Notes under the pieces: generated by a model | Database searches by the model: none | Seen by the model: only the letters and a program-made list of their open reading frames with translations | Told to the model about the DNA's origin: nothing | Shown: in pieces, positions 42,731-53,471 of the stretch | How positions within the stretch are numbered: the stretch's first letter is position 1 | How the letters are laid out: every line of letters starts with the position of its first letter | Assembly (NCBI GenBank): GCA_964437365.1 | Contig: CAYTGM010000003.1 | Span: 76,201-140,200, forward strand | Origin: an uncultured Candidatus Sumerlaeota bacterium | Lineage (GTDB): Bacteria > Sumerlaeota > Sumerlaeia > SLMS01 | Reading direction: 5' to 3' | Length of the DNA stretch: 64,000 nt | Position numbers and translations under genes: made by a program

Positions 42731-42793
42731 TACATCTTCAATTCTGGCATCATTGCTTAAATGCATTTTGACACCCAATGAAAGGGGAAACAA

Positions 42794-45700
42794 ATGAAAG
42801 GACACCGTAATTTGAAGAGAGTAAGCGGTTACATGCTAACGGCTGCTCTTTGTGGGATTACGAGCATCGGCTACTCTGACGTCGTTGTCGACAATTTTGA
42901 TGACACCGATATCACGACACCGGGAACTCGACCGTGGGGAGGGGGCGCAACATGGCGTCCGCTCTATGATGGTCTAGACCAGGGTCTTGACAATTGGAAA
43001 GCAGGCACTCCCGGTAACGAATACAAGTGGCGCATGATCAATGACACAACCCCCGGCATTAATGACATCTATCCCGCATCTGTCATTTCCGGCGCACTCA
43101 ATTATCAGGACACAGGAAATGGCATCGCCGCGTCCGGTGCAACTGTTGAGGCACTTGCAATTCAGAATATGGGTCTTCAGATTACAAGAGATGATGAAGG
43201 CTTTGATGCTTCAGCTTACGATTATGTACGGTTCACCGCCTGGTATACACAGCCACCTAATAAAGCGGGAACGGCTTTCACACTCTCCCTGGGTGGAGAA
43301 CCAATTAATGGGACGGTTGGAACCGGAAGTATCAACGAAGCTCCTCTGTCTGGACCAGCCCCTTTGGCACTGGGACCTTGGAACACGCTATCTGACACCC
43401 TTGATGGCGTTCCGGTAACAACGACACCAACCTCTTTCGTTGTTCCCATCAAGGACAGTGACGCATTCAAAGTTGATCCAAACCTGCAGACTCTCTCATT
43501 ATTACTTTATGCGGGAGTTGACTTTGAGCCACTTCCTGGAGATCTGGCACTCAATGACTTTTCCTCGATTCGCTCTATACAGTTTAATGTCACCTCTCGT
43601 GGAGCCGATGCACAGGGAAGTTCACTCTCAGTGAAGTTCGCTGTAGATGATATTATGTTTCTGGCAGAAGCCCCGGGGTATGATTTTGGGAATGGCCCCT
43701 TTGATTTGATCGGCGGCGGAGCACCGCTTTCTATTCCTGTTCGCCTCACAGCGATGCCTACCGATGATGTGACTCTTGAATTTCCAAGTATCAGCGGTCT
43801 CGCCTACTCAAGTAACTCCCTCACATTTACTCCCAACAATTGGGATATTCCTCAACAACTTGAAGTTGCTGCGGATGAAAGCCTGGTCAGCACAATGCCA
43901 GACATCACGCCGACAGTCACAACGACAGATCTCTGGTATTCTAATAATAGTCCAGATCCGTTGCTTCTGAATGTGCTCGCCAACCCAATCAACGATGATG
44001 TGCTTGTTGATGATTTCGAAGACGAAACGGACCTGACAGTGGTTGGTGTTCGGCCCTGGGGGGGAAGCGCTACCTGGCGTCCTCTTAAGAATGGCTTTGA
44101 TGGAGGTAATGACAACTGGAAGGCTGGGACTCCTGGCAATGAATATAAGATTCGCTCTCTTGACACATTAACCCCTGGAGTGAATGATATATACCCTTCA
44201 GCAGTTGTTTCCGGATCTTACCGCTATCAGGACCAGGGCGGTGGTGTTAATCCATCTATCGCACCTGCCCCTCAATTCGCCTTTCAGTTGATGGGTTCTC
44301 AAATCCTGCGTGAAGATACGAACTTTGATGCGACCAATTACAACTTTATTCGCTTTACTGGATGGTATACGAAGACTCCAAGTAAGCCAGACGATACGGT
44401 CTTTTTTGTTCAGGTAAACCAGGAACCAGAAGATGGTATAGTTGGTTCAGGTTCAATCAATGAAGCACCTCTCAATCAACCCTACAAAAACATAACCGGA
44501 CCGTGGGATACAAATACCGATGAATTAGTCGGTGTTCCCATGACGTCCTCACCTCAGTCTTTCGTCGTTGCGATCAAGGATCCGGCTCAGTTCAAGGTCG
44601 ACCCTTTCTTTGAAGACTATACAAAAGCTGTTCTTCAACTTTTCGACTTCAATCCTGTTCCTCAAAGCCTCGCATTGGATGACTTCAGCGCTATACGCTC
44701 CTTAATGTTTCAAGCAGTCGTAAAGGAAGACGCTGCAACCACTGATCCATTGGATCTTCAGTTTGCCCTGGATGATATATATTTCCTCCAGGAATACCCT
44801 GAAATACAGATCACTCCTGACAACGTGATCGCAACGGCTGGCGGAGCTCCGGTGAAGGTAGACGTCACAATGACGGCTCGTCCAACAGACACCGTTACGG
44901 TGAACTTTACAGACACGTCGTTCTTCTCCTTCTCACCATCATCGATTGAATTTACTCCGGAAAACTGGCGAGGTTCGAGAACGCTGTGCATCCAGGGACT
45001 ACAGGAGACGGTCGCACAGATCTCCAGTCCGAATGCAGTAACAAGCGACCTGTGGTACTCGACCAACCCTCTGCCCGATCTAAGCATTACAGTCGACGCG
45101 AACGCACTTGATGATGATGTCATTGTTGATGATTTTGACAATCCTGATCTCACTCAGGTTGGTGTCAGGCCATGGGGCGGTTCATCCACATGGAGACCTA
45201 TTTACAATGGTATAGACCAAGGTAACGACAACTGGAAGGCAGGCACTCCAGGCAATGAGTATAAGCTACGGACTATCAGTGATGCTGTCATCGGTGTTAA
45301 CGATATTTATCCTGCGGGAGTCACAGATGGCTCGATCAGATTTCAGGATACCGGTGGTGGTGTGAATCCAAGCGGGGCAACTTCTCCGACCCTCGCGTTT
45401 CAGACTCTCGGTCTTCAAATCGTCCGGGATGATGTCGACTTCGACGCTGACCCGTTCCCCTATCTCAGGTTCACGGGGTGGTATGTTGAAGGTCCAACCA
45501 AACCAGATGACACTGTCTTTACAGTTACTTTTGGCGAAGAACCCGACCCGGGAACTATCTTTACGGGATCCATTAATGAAGCTGATCTGAATATCGCTCA
45601 GCAATCAGTAACAGGTCCATGGGATCCGAACACAAATGAGATCGTCGGGGTTCCAATGACGATGACTCCGCAGTCTTTCGTGGTTCCTATCAAAGACACG

Positions 45701-47659
45701 GATATATTCAAGATCGATCCAGATTTTGACCTGCTCATCAAACTGTTTTCCGCGGGAGCAGACCTGACTCCTCTACTTGCATCTTACGAGCTGGATGATT
45801 GGACAAACCTGAGAACCATTCAATTCAATGCACAGGTTCTTGGTGCGGCGGCTCAGTCAGATCCTCTCATCGGGAAGTTTGCTCTCGATGATATCATGTT
45901 CCTTCAGGATTTCCCTGGTGTGGCCTATAACTCCTCACCTGTTCAGGTAATAGAAGGCGGAGCATCTATGGACGTAGGTGTTAGACTTCGTGCTAAGCCA
46001 ACACATCCTGTAAACTTGACCTTCGCGAATACATCGGCACTCACTTTCAGTCCGAATATCCTGACATTTACTCCAGAAAACTGGAGAGGTGAGCAGACAC
46101 TGACAGTATCCGCTCCTGTGTCTGGAGAAGGACCTGTTGTGATTCCTGTCGTCCCTTCTGCAGCCTCTGAAGATCTCTGGTACAAGTCGAACCCAATGGA
46201 CGAGTTGATCGTGGATCTTCTGGATGTAGCACCTACTCCGACACCGACTCCTTCGCCAACTCCTTCCCCGACACCGACGCCTTCTCCTACGGCGACACCG
46301 ACTGCAACTCCAACTCCAACACCGACGGCTACTCCAACGGCGACACCCACCCCATCACCAACGACAACTCCGACGTTGACGATGACACCAACTCCGACGG
46401 CAACACCTACACCGTCTCCAACCACAACACCAACGTTGACGATGACACCGACACCAACAGCAAGCCCATCGCCAACAGCTACGGCAACGCCTTCGCCGAC
46501 GGCGAGCCCGACTCCAACGCCAACCGCGTCTCCAACTCTGACGCCATCACCGACACCAACAGCAACTCCTTCGCCGACACCAAGCCCATCACCTTCACCT
46601 ACGCCGGGTCCGGTCACTGTAACCTTTGATTTTCCTGGTAATAATGATGAAGGCTGGGTGTTCGGTGGAACAAACGTCTATCCGATTCCTTCCAGCAGTA
46701 TTACAGATGAGAAGTTGAACATTGAATCAACTCAGATCTTGAACTTTGGTTTCTGGACTTCTCCGCTTATTGAGCTCTTTCCAGCGCCCAAAGGCCTGCA
46801 ACAAGCTCCAGATCTGTTTGAATTGGAGATGAGTATTCAGTCAAACCAAACAGATAGAACTCTGGCTCCGACACTTCGTATCAGGACAAACTCTGGTAAC
46901 TTTGAACGGGCCCATGTTCTCGTGTCTGAATCAGAAAGCCAGGCTGATTTCTCACCTGACACCACCCTCCGCCCCTACATCCTTCTTTTTGCTCCGATTG
47001 CGAATGATGCTTCAGTTCGTCTTGCTTTTGAATCTCTAACTTTCAACCCAGCAGATTCACTCAGCAATGTCTTCAGCATGGACTCAGCGACAGTCAGTCC
47101 CGTCTTCCTTGATGCCAAAACGGAGCTCTTGACTCTTGATTTCGGTGGAAAAGGCAGTGAAACGAACGGCTGGATTCCAGTTAACGCTGCGCCGGCGATT
47201 CCTGCTGCGCCAACCGAAGTCACTGGTAACGGACTGAAGATCGGTGGAGTTCCTGGTCGTGGTGTGACAGATAGTAATCCCTACGGGTTCTGGTCATCAC
47301 CTGCCGGGACGAACTTCTTTACAGCAACCGGCAGCACGATCTATGAAGTGACTTTCACAATTACAAGTGATGCTTCTGAGGAAGAAAGAGGTCAAATTCC
47401 AACGGTACGCTTCCGTGTTAACAGTGAAGACCTCGAGTTTTCTACTTACGCGCTTGCAGAGTCTGTGGATACGAATGCTGACCTTCCAATTTCCGGCGAG
47501 TTCAAGGACTACTCGGTCTATTTCATCGCACCCCCTGAGATACACGATGAGGAGTTGATCTTCGCACTGGATTACCTGGTCGCTCCTGGAAGTGGAAACG
47601 CGGCAGATATTGCTGTCACTCTGTCTTCCTTCTCCATAGCCAGCTGGACACTCGATTAA
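42794..47659 (+). CDS. Giant secreted surface protein of 1621 aa. It has three tandem ~370-aa RPWGG/ATWR modules, a PT-rich linker and a C-terminal tandem 'GFW' module.
   Basis: Signal peptide. Modules begin at [22 protein letters not shown] and [10 protein letters not shown]. Each contains [26 protein letters not shown](A/G)WY and (A/L)DDI.FL. The linker encodes [20 protein letters not shown] twice. The C-terminus is homologous to the C-terminus of the 1..4069 protein. Confidence 0.8.
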   Translation: MKGHRNLKRVSGYMLTAALCGITSIGYSDVVVDNFDDTDITTPGTRPWGGGATWRPLYDGLDQGLDNWKAGTPGNEYKWRMINDTTPGINDIYPASVISGALNYQDTGNGIAASGATVEALAIQNMGLQITRDDEGFDASAYDYVRFTAWYTQPPNKAGTAFTLSLGGEPINGTVGTGSINEAPLSGPAPLALGPWNTLSDTLDGVPVTTTPTSFVVPIKDSDAFKVDPNLQTLSLLLYAGVDFEPLPGDLALNDFSSIRSIQFNVTSRGADAQGSSLSVKFAVDDIMFLAEAPGYDFGNGPFDLIGGGAPLSIPVRLTAMPTDDVTLEFPSISGLAYSSNSLTFTPNNWDIPQQLEVAADESLVSTMPDITPTVTTTDLWYSNNSPDPLLLNVLANPINDDVLVDDFEDETDLTVVGVRPWGGSATWRPLKNGFDGGNDNWKAGTPGNEYKIRSLDTLTPGVNDIYPSAVVSGSYRYQDQGGGVNPSIAPAPQFAFQLMGSQILREDTNFDATNYNFIRFTGWYTKTPSKPDDTVFFVQVNQEPEDGIVGSGSINEAPLNQPYKNITGPWDTNTDELVGVPMTSSPQSFVVAIKDPAQFKVDPFFEDYTKAVLQLFDFNPVPQSLALDDFSAIRSLMFQAVVKEDAATTDPLDLQFALDDIYFLQEYPEIQITPDNVIATAGGAPVKVDVTMTARPTDTVTVNFTDTSFFSFSPSSIEFTPENWRGSRTLCIQGLQETVAQISSPNAVTSDLWYSTNPLPDLSITVDANALDDDVIVDDFDNPDLTQVGVRPWGGSSTWRPIYNGIDQGNDNWKAGTPGNEYKLRTISDAVIGVNDIYPAGVTDGSIRFQDTGGGVNPSGATSPTLAFQTLGLQIVRDDVDFDADPFPYLRFTGWYVEGPTKPDDTVFTVTFGEEPDPGTIFTGSINEADLNIAQQSVTGPWDPNTNEIVGVPMTMTPQSFVVPIKDTDIFKIDPDFDLLIKLFSAGADLTPLLASYELDDWTNLRTIQFNAQVLGAAAQSDPLIGKFALDDIMFLQDFPGVAYNSSPVQVIEGGASMDVGVRLRAKPTHPVNLTFANTSALTFSPNILTFTPENWRGEQTLTVSAPVSGEGPVVIPVVPSAASEDLWYKSNPMDELIVDLLDVAPTPTPTPSPTPSPTPTPSPTATPTATPTPTPTATPTATPTPSPTTTPTLTMTPTPTATPTPSPTTTPTLTMTPTPTASPSPTATATPSPTASPTPTPTASPTLTPSPTPTATPSPTPSPSPSPTPGPVTVTFDFPGNNDEGWVFGGTNVYPIPSSSITDEKLNIESTQILNFGFWTSPLIELFPAPKGLQQAPDLFELEMSIQSNQTDRTLAPTLRIRTNSGNFERAHVLVSESESQADFSPDTTLRPYILLFAPIANDASVRLAFESLTFNPADSLSNVFSMDSATVSPVFLDAKTELLTLDFGGKGSETNGWIPVNAAPAIPAAPTEVTGNGLKIGGVPGRGVTDSNPYGFWSSPAGTNFFTATGSTIYEVTFTITSDASEEERGQIPTVRFRVNSEDLEFSTYALAESVDTNADLPISGEFKDYSVYFIAPPEIHDEELIFALDYLVAPGSGNAADIAVTLSSFSIASWTLD
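42881..46220 (+). repeat. Three tandem intragenic ~1.1-kb repeats (protein-level ~40-50% identity) encoding the RPWGG/ATWR module.
   Basis: Repeat boundaries are at ~42881, ~44001 and ~45121. A fourth paralogous copy is at ~40990..42140 in the preceding gene. Confidence 0.75.
46225..46615 (+). repeat. Pro/Thr-rich linker coding repeats, related at DNA level to 1980..2700.
   Basis: acaacaccaacgttgacgatgacaccgacaccaacagca-type units. The encoded [11 protein letters not shown] unit is shared with gene 1. Confidence 0.75.
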
Positions 47660-47688
47660 ACAGTAGTCGACCCAGACAACCTCTAACA

Positions 47689-47735
47689 GAAACTCCCCCT
47701 TCTCAAATCGAGAAGGGGGAGTTCTTTGTATATAC
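47689..47735. terminator. Bidirectional intrinsic terminator between the convergent giant gene and the DAHP synthase gene.
   Basis: gaaactcccccttctc ... gagaagggggagttc inverted repeat, followed by tttgtatata. Confidence 0.6.
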
Positions 47736-47753
47736 TTATTTTAGAAGACCTGG

Positions 47754-49148
47754 TTAGCCTTTGCCGTTCTCCATACTATCGGCGATTGCGAAGGCTACTT
47801 CCATTGCCTGTTCGTAGTTGAGGCGAGGATCGCAAAGCGACTCATAGCGGGTTGACAAGTCATCTTCTGTTACGCCACTCATGCCACCAAGGCATTCGGT
47901 GACGTTTCCGGCTGTGAGTTCAAAGTGTACTCCGCCGAGATGACTGTCGCAGTCCTTATGAACTTCAATAGAATCAACAAGTTCGCTTAGAATCGCATCC
48001 ACATGGCGTGTCTTAATACCTGACTCTGTAGCATAAGTGTTACCGTGCATCGGATCACAGACCCAAACGGGTTTTCTTCCGTTCTTACTTGCAGATTTAA
48101 TCAGCTCTGGAAGGACTTCACGTACTTTGCCCTGGCCCATTCTTGCAATCAGGACGATATGTCCGGGTTCTTTTTTCGGATCAAGTATCTTCAGGAGTCC
48201 TTCAAGATCTTCAGGAGACGTCTTTGGTCCGAGCTTTACGCCAATCGGGTTTTGAATTCCTCGAAAGTATTCAACGTGGGCTCCGTCAAGCTGACGTGTT
48301 CTTTCGCCAATCCATGGAAGGTGGCAGCCAAGGTTATAGAAGCCTTCGCGGCGAGGAACCTGACGTGTCAGTGCTGACTCATAATAGAGACTCAAGCCTT
48401 CATGGCTCGAATAGAACTCTGCCTGAGTGAGTTTGTCTATATGACGAGATGTCAGTGCCTCCATCACTTTAATGGAATTGCCTAATCTCTCAACGCGACG
48501 AAGGTAGGTGTCACGAAGTTCCTCGGGAAGTTCAGCTTTGCCAAGGAAATGCAGGTTCCAGTATTCGGGATGGTGAAGGTCAGTAAAGCCACCATCAATA
48601 AGGGCCCGCACAAAATTGTAGGTCATCGCGGAGTAGTGATAAGCTTTTACAAGCCTTTGCGGATCTGGGAGCCGTGATTCAGGTGTAAATTCTGAGCCAT
48701 TGATCAGATCGCCGTAATAAGAGGAAAGAGTTACCCCATCAATTGTCTCGGTCGACTTACTTCGTGGCTTGGCGTATTGTCCTGCGAAACGCCCGATGCG
48801 GACGATTGGTTTTCTTAGACCGTCGATGAGTACCAGACTCATTTGAAGAAGTATCTTCAATTTGTTGGTAATGACGGGTGCACTGCATTCGTCAAAGGTC
48901 TCTGCACAATCACCACCCTGAAGGATAAATCGCTTACCCTCAGCTGCCTCTGCAAGATGCGATTTCAGCCGCTCAATTTCCCAGCTCGTGACGAGAGGGG
49001 GGAGCGTGGACAATGAATCTGATGCCTTCTCAAGAGCATCCATGTCTGGATAATCAGGCATTTGAAGGATTGGCTTATCCTTCCAGCTATTGGTGGACCA
49101 GTTATTAAGTTGGCTGGCGGACTGGTTTTTCTCTCTCAGGGTACTCAA
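47754..49148 (-). CDS. 3-deoxy-7-phosphoheptulonate (DAHP) synthase, class II (AroA-II type).
   Basis: Class II signature FILQGGDCAETF. Conserved motifs RIGRFAGQYAKPRS and DPMHGNT are also present. Length 464 aa. Confidence 0.9.
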   Translation of the reverse strand: MSTLREKNQSASQLNNWSTNSWKDKPILQMPDYPDMDALEKASDSLSTLPPLVTSWEIERLKSHLAEAAEGKRFILQGGDCAETFDECSAPVITNKLKILLQMSLVLIDGLRKPIVRIGRFAGQYAKPRSKSTETIDGVTLSSYYGDLINGSEFTPESRLPDPQRLVKAYHYSAMTYNFVRALIDGGFTDLHHPEYWNLHFLGKAELPEELRDTYLRRVERLGNSIKVMEALTSRHIDKLTQAEFYSSHEGLSLYYESALTRQVPRREGFYNLGCHLPWIGERTRQLDGAHVEYFRGIQNPIGVKLGPKTSPEDLEGLLKILDPKKEPGHIVLIARMGQGKVREVLPELIKSASKNGRKPVWVCDPMHGNTYATESGIKTRHVDAILSELVDSIEVHKDCDSHLGGVHFELTAGNVTECLGGMSGVTEDDLSTRYESLCDPRLNYEQAMEVAFAIADSMENGKG

Positions 49149-49413
49149 TTTTCTGACTCCGTTACATTGCCCTCACGGGAGAGGTGAAATTCATGGCGCT
49201 CTTCCCATGTAGGGGGCCGGAAGATTTAATGGACAGTCAGGTGCAAGGCGAGAGAAATTTCAACAGAACTTACTCCTCTGGAGTCTCGTGACCGCCAAAA
49301 GGAGGTCTTTCCGCCATGAAATTTCGGGCTAAATTAACCGGCAATCCATTTGCCCACGCTAAAGATCAGCTTCAGCCTAATTAACTGTTGGGGTTCGATA
49401 CAGATTAGATGAG

Positions 49414-50832
49414 GTGGTTACAAGACTCTATATGAAATTCCTTTCTCTTGGACTTTTGAGCAATACCTTCAGAATCCTTTTTCTCTTTTTCATGCTCGGA
49501 CTCACGAGTTTGTCTGAAGCTGAAGACGAGAATGAATCCAGCTCCCCCGTCGATCAGGCCTTTGCGCTCCTGGAAAATCGATCCATTTCCGTGGATGAGA
49601 GGGTCGCGGAACTGAGAATACTTGCAAACGCTCATGGCGAGATTGCGGATATCTGGGCAGCGTATGGGGAAGCTCTGGAAAGGGCCGGCAATGATGAAAT
49701 GGCGTTGAAAGCCTTTGAACGTGCAACTCAGCTTGATCCAGACATTTACAGTCCGTGGCTCTGGATCGGAATCATTTCTAAAAGGGGCACGCCTCGTCCA
49801 GACCTGGAGAGAGCAGAAGTAGCATTTCGCAGGGCACTGAAAGCAGGAGCGCCGAAGGGGAGAGCTCTCAACGAGCTGGGTGTGACCCTCGCACTGCGCG
49901 GGAACTACAAAGAGGCGATCTCCGCCTGGGAAAGTGCACTGGAGACAAACCCAGACTGGGGCGTTCTCTACAGCAACCTTGTTAAGGCCGCAACAGAGCA
50001 GGGAGACCTGGAGAAAGTTGACACGTATATCGACAGAGCTTTGCAATCCGAACCTTTTCAGGAGTCGGCCATCCTTATTTATGGGAAATACCTGTTCGAC
50101 CAGGGAGATTACAGGGCGACTAGCTATCTGTACAGAAAAGCGATCAAATTCCAACCTGGCTTTGAAGAGTTTCACTTTTACCTGGCAAACTCTCTTGCAG
50201 AAAGAGGGCGAACAAAGGGGGCTCTCCTTCACTACAATAAAGCTGAAGAACTCGCTTTAGAAAAAGACCCTGCCAACAGCGAAATACTTCAGGCTGTTGA
50301 GTGGGAAAAGTTCAGACTGAGATATCCTGACGCTGAAAAAGAGTTCCAGAAAGCTCGCAAGAAGGTTTTCGAACCAGAGCGGACACTGGAGGCGATGGAA
50401 GCGAATATGGAAGATGCGATAGAGGTTCTCTCACCACTACTGCTAGAATACCCTGATTTCTGGAATGGCTATTTTGTGAGAGGGACAGCTTATAGACGCC
50501 TTGGGAACTTTGAAGCTGCCATGGAGGATTTCAAAAGAGTTTTGTCCCTATTCCCGGAAGAACCGAATACAACCATGCAGATGGCGTTCCTCTATGCGGA
50601 TCAGTACGAGCTGGAGCCCGCAGTTGAACTTGCCAAAAAAGCGATTGAGCTGGCTCCGCGAGACCCGACATTTGCAATGAATGCTGCCTTTATCCTGATT
50701 GAAGCGGGAGAATGTGACGAGGCATGGTCCTTATATGACAAGGTTCTGAGAATGGTGGGTGAAAGAAACGCCGCCCCGCTTCTAGACCTTTTGGAAATTA
50801 AGTGTAAGGGTAACAGCACTCAAAATGAATGA
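49414..50832 (+). CDS. Secreted TPR-repeat protein.
   Basis: Signal peptide. Multiple TPR-like helical repeats (AYGEALERAGNDEMALKAFERATQLDP and similar units). Confidence 0.7.
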   Translation: MVTRLYMKFLSLGLLSNTFRILFLFFMLGLTSLSEAEDENESSSPVDQAFALLENRSISVDERVAELRILANAHGEIADIWAAYGEALERAGNDEMALKAFERATQLDPDIYSPWLWIGIISKRGTPRPDLERAEVAFRRALKAGAPKGRALNELGVTLALRGNYKEAISAWESALETNPDWGVLYSNLVKAATEQGDLEKVDTYIDRALQSEPFQESAILIYGKYLFDQGDYRATSYLYRKAIKFQPGFEEFHFYLANSLAERGRTKGALLHYNKAEELALEKDPANSEILQAVEWEKFRLRYPDAEKEFQKARKKVFEPERTLEAMEANMEDAIEVLSPLLLEYPDFWNGYFVRGTAYRRLGNFEAAMEDFKRVLSLFPEEPNTTMQMAFLYADQYELEPAVELAKKAIELAPRDPTFAMNAAFILIEAGECDEAWSLYDKVLRMVGERNAAPLLDLLEIKCKGNSTQNE

Positions 50833-52393
50833 GCAACAACCTGATCAGCATGACTTGCCGGACACCCGAGGAGCAGGTGATTTTCCTCTCTCACCGGCTG
50901 CCGAAGAAGTGGAAACACTGATTAGAGCCCGCTACCCGCTAATTGCTGTACTTTCCTGGGAAGAAGAGCGGGTCATGTTAAATCTCAATCAGATCGCAGG
51001 GAACCTTGAGAAGAGCCTCTTCGAATGGTCGATCACAAGAGGGCTGATTAGATATAGACAGGCACTTTCCCCGAAGACTGAAGGAAAAAAAGGAACGAAA
51101 GATCCGACAGTCGTTCTTAAAGAAATTCTTGATATTTCAGAGCCAGCCATTGTCGTCTTGAAGGACTTCCACAATTTCTTCAAAGAATCCGCAGTCAAAC
51201 GTGGATTGAGAGACCTGGCTCAGTCTCTTCGCTTTACATATATTTCAGTGATCTTGCTCGCTCCTCCCTTTTCAGTTCCAGCAGAATTAGAAAAAGACCT
51301 GACAATCATCGATTTCCCTCTTCCATCACTGCAGGAGCTGGAAGATCTTCTCTCACGTATAGAGTCAGAAGTGAAAGACAGTGGTGATTTCTATATCAGC
51401 GAAGGTGTTGAGGAGAGGAAAAAAATCCTCGAGGCGGCACAGGGACTAACGCTGACAGAAGCTGAAAATGTCTTCGCAAAGACTCTGGTGAAAACGGGAA
51501 GGCTGGGCCCGGAAGAAGTACCTCACGTGTTCTCTGAAAAGAAACAGATCGTACGAAAGTCGGGACTTCTGGAATATGTTGATGTGAAAGAGAAGTTGGA
51601 GGATATTGGTGGACTGGAAAACTTGAAGGACTGGCTTCTTAAGCGCAGACTCGCCTTTACAGAGAAAGCGAGAGAGTACGGTATTCCCTCTCCTAAAGGC
51701 ATTCTTCTGATGGGAGTGCAGGGCTGCGGAAAGTCTTTGAGTGCGAAAGCAGTCGCCTCGCTTTACCGAATGCCACTACTCAGGTTAGATATGGGAGCCG
51801 TATTTCAAAGCTACGTTGGCGAATCTGAGTCGCATATACGGCAGGCCCTTTCACTCGCTGAAAACGTTTCTCCCTGTGTGCTCTGGATTGACGAAATAGA
51901 CAAAGGTCTGAGCGGGCTGAAGGGAGCTGGTTCTGGCGATTCAGGAACAACACAGCGTGTGTTTGGAACCCTGGTAACGTGGATGCAGGAGAAGTCGAGT
52001 CCTGTCTTTGTGGTCGCGACGGCGAATAACATCAGTATCCTTCCCCCAGAAATCATGCGTAAGGGAAGGTTTGATGAGATTTTCTTTGTAGACCTGCCTG
52101 AAAAAGAAACCCGTCGAAAGATCTTCGAGATTCACTTGAAGCATTACCAGCCAGAAAGCGTTGGACTTGATCTTGATCCTCTGATCGAGCTCTCAGAGGG
52201 TTTTTCGGGTGCGGAAATCGAAGCCGCTGTTGTTGCTTCACTCTTTCTTGCGTTGAGTGAAGACCGCGAGGTTGAGATGGGAGACATTGCAACATCCCTC
52301 AAAGAAACTTACCCTCTTTCCTCCACCATGAGAGAAGAAATACAAGGGATTCGAGACTGGGCGACCGGTCGTGCGAGACGCGCAGACTATTAA
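50825..52393 (+). CDS. AAA+ ATPase (classic AAA clade) with a ~270-aa N-terminal extension.
   Basis: Walker A GVQGCGKS. Walker B VLWIDEIDK. Sensor-1 VVATANN. Second region of homology / Arg finger PEIMRKGRFDEIFFVDLP. 8-bp overlap with the TPR gene. Confidence 0.8.
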   Translation: MNEQQPDQHDLPDTRGAGDFPLSPAAEEVETLIRARYPLIAVLSWEEERVMLNLNQIAGNLEKSLFEWSITRGLIRYRQALSPKTEGKKGTKDPTVVLKEILDISEPAIVVLKDFHNFFKESAVKRGLRDLAQSLRFTYISVILLAPPFSVPAELEKDLTIIDFPLPSLQELEDLLSRIESEVKDSGDFYISEGVEERKKILEAAQGLTLTEAENVFAKTLVKTGRLGPEEVPHVFSEKKQIVRKSGLLEYVDVKEKLEDIGGLENLKDWLLKRRLAFTEKAREYGIPSPKGILLMGVQGCGKSLSAKAVASLYRMPLLRLDMGAVFQSYVGESESHIRQALSLAENVSPCVLWIDEIDKGLSGLKGAGSGDSGTTQRVFGTLVTWMQEKSSPVFVVATANNISILPPEIMRKGRFDEIFFVDLPEKETRRKIFEIHLKHYQPESVGLDLDPLIELSEGFSGAEIEAAVVASLFLALSEDREVEMGDIATSLKETYPLSSTMREEIQGIRDWATGRARRADY

Positions 52394-52400
52394 ATCCCTT

Positions 52401-52775
52401 TTACGTATTCGTTCTGAATTTGACCAGGTCTTTCTGACAGGCTAGATACTCTTCTTCATTCTCGAGTGACTGGGGCTTCTGGTCTCTTCGCATGGCAGCC
52501 TGAGCAACCATTGTGGCAGCAATGGGAGCTGTCAGAAACTGGAAGATGACTGCCAGGATGATCTTCCAGACAACCTGTTCGCCGGAGATAAGCAGGCCAA
52601 TCCCACCGAGAAAAAAACAGAGCCCAAAGGTAAGTGCTTTGGATGAAAACTGAATTCTCAGATAGACGTCATCAAATCGATACACACCAAAGGAACCAGC
52701 CAGGAGAAAGATGCCACCCAGCACCAGAAGTATATAAGCGAAAAAAGTCATATCATTGCTCTTCCGTGTAAACAA
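52401..52775 (-). CDS. mrpG: Na+/H+ antiporter subunit G (MrpG/MnhG).
   Basis: Small three-TM protein with an MnhG-family pattern. It is the last gene of the mrp operon. Confidence 0.8.
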   Translation of the reverse strand: MFTRKSNDMTFFAYILLVLGGIFLLAGSFGVYRFDDVYLRIQFSSKALTFGLCFFLGGIGLLISGEQVVWKIILAVIFQFLTAPIAATMVAQAAMRRDQKPQSLENEEEYLACQKDLVKFRTNT

Positions 52776-53013
52776 GGTTGAGTGCGACTGCTACCGTTGA
52801 TAGAAAACCTATCAGCGAAAGAACCAATAACGCATCAAAGAACCACTCAGACTGATAGATCCAGCCGAGATACGCGAACAGGCATATACTGATTATAGAT
52901 AGCGACTCGAATGTCACCAGACGATCGAGTGTCCCAGGCCCTTTGAGAAAACATGCAAGGAGCAAAATCATACAAACCGACAGGGGTAGAAGAAAAAAGA
53001 TCTCGGCTGTCAT
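52753..53013 (-). CDS. mrpF: Na+/H+ antiporter subunit F (MrpF/MnhF).
   Basis: 86 aa, three TM, in the conserved operon position. Confidence 0.75.
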   Translation of the reverse strand: MTAEIFFLLPLSVCMILLLACFLKGPGTLDRLVTFESLSIISICLFAYLGWIYQSEWFFDALLVLSLIGFLSTVAVALNLVYTEEQ

Positions 53014-53471
53014 TTGGTTTTCCTCCCTTTTCCTCGAAGGATCTCAATAGGTTTTCGAATCTGCGCAGCTCTGTCTTCTCCAGATCCATACATTTCATGC
53101 ACAACAAGATACTTCTTCCGGGAATCAATATGAACGACCAGCGTTCCTGGTGAAAGATTAATACGATGGTGAAGAATGAGGATCTCGACATCTGACATAT
53201 CCCCGACTGGTACTCGGACAAGTCGAACCTTGTGAAGGTCCGTCGGTGTAATAACGTCGTATAACATAATCAGATTTGATCGGACTAAATCGTCAATGAA
53301 GTCGAGAAGGAATCGACAAACATTGAGAGTGTTCAGCAGCGATATCTTTCTCTTCCAGAGCAACCAGCCCCCAACAATGATGGCGCAGGTCAGACTCATA
53401 CCTCCAACATGAAACATATCAAGAAAATATGCAGAGAGAGCTGAGAGCAGAATAAGAACAACGTATATCAA
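53010..53471 (-). CDS. mrpE: Na+/H+ antiporter subunit E (MrpE/MnhE).
   Basis: 153 aa, two N-terminal TM helices plus a cytoplasmic domain, in the conserved operon position. Confidence 0.75.
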   Translation of the reverse strand: MIYVVLILLSALSAYFLDMFHVGGMSLTCAIIVGGWLLWKRKISLLNTLNVCRFLLDFIDDLVRSNLIMLYDVITPTDLHKVRLVRVPVGDMSDVEILILHHRINLSPGTLVVHIDSRKKYLVVHEMYGSGEDRAAQIRKPIEILRGKGRKTK

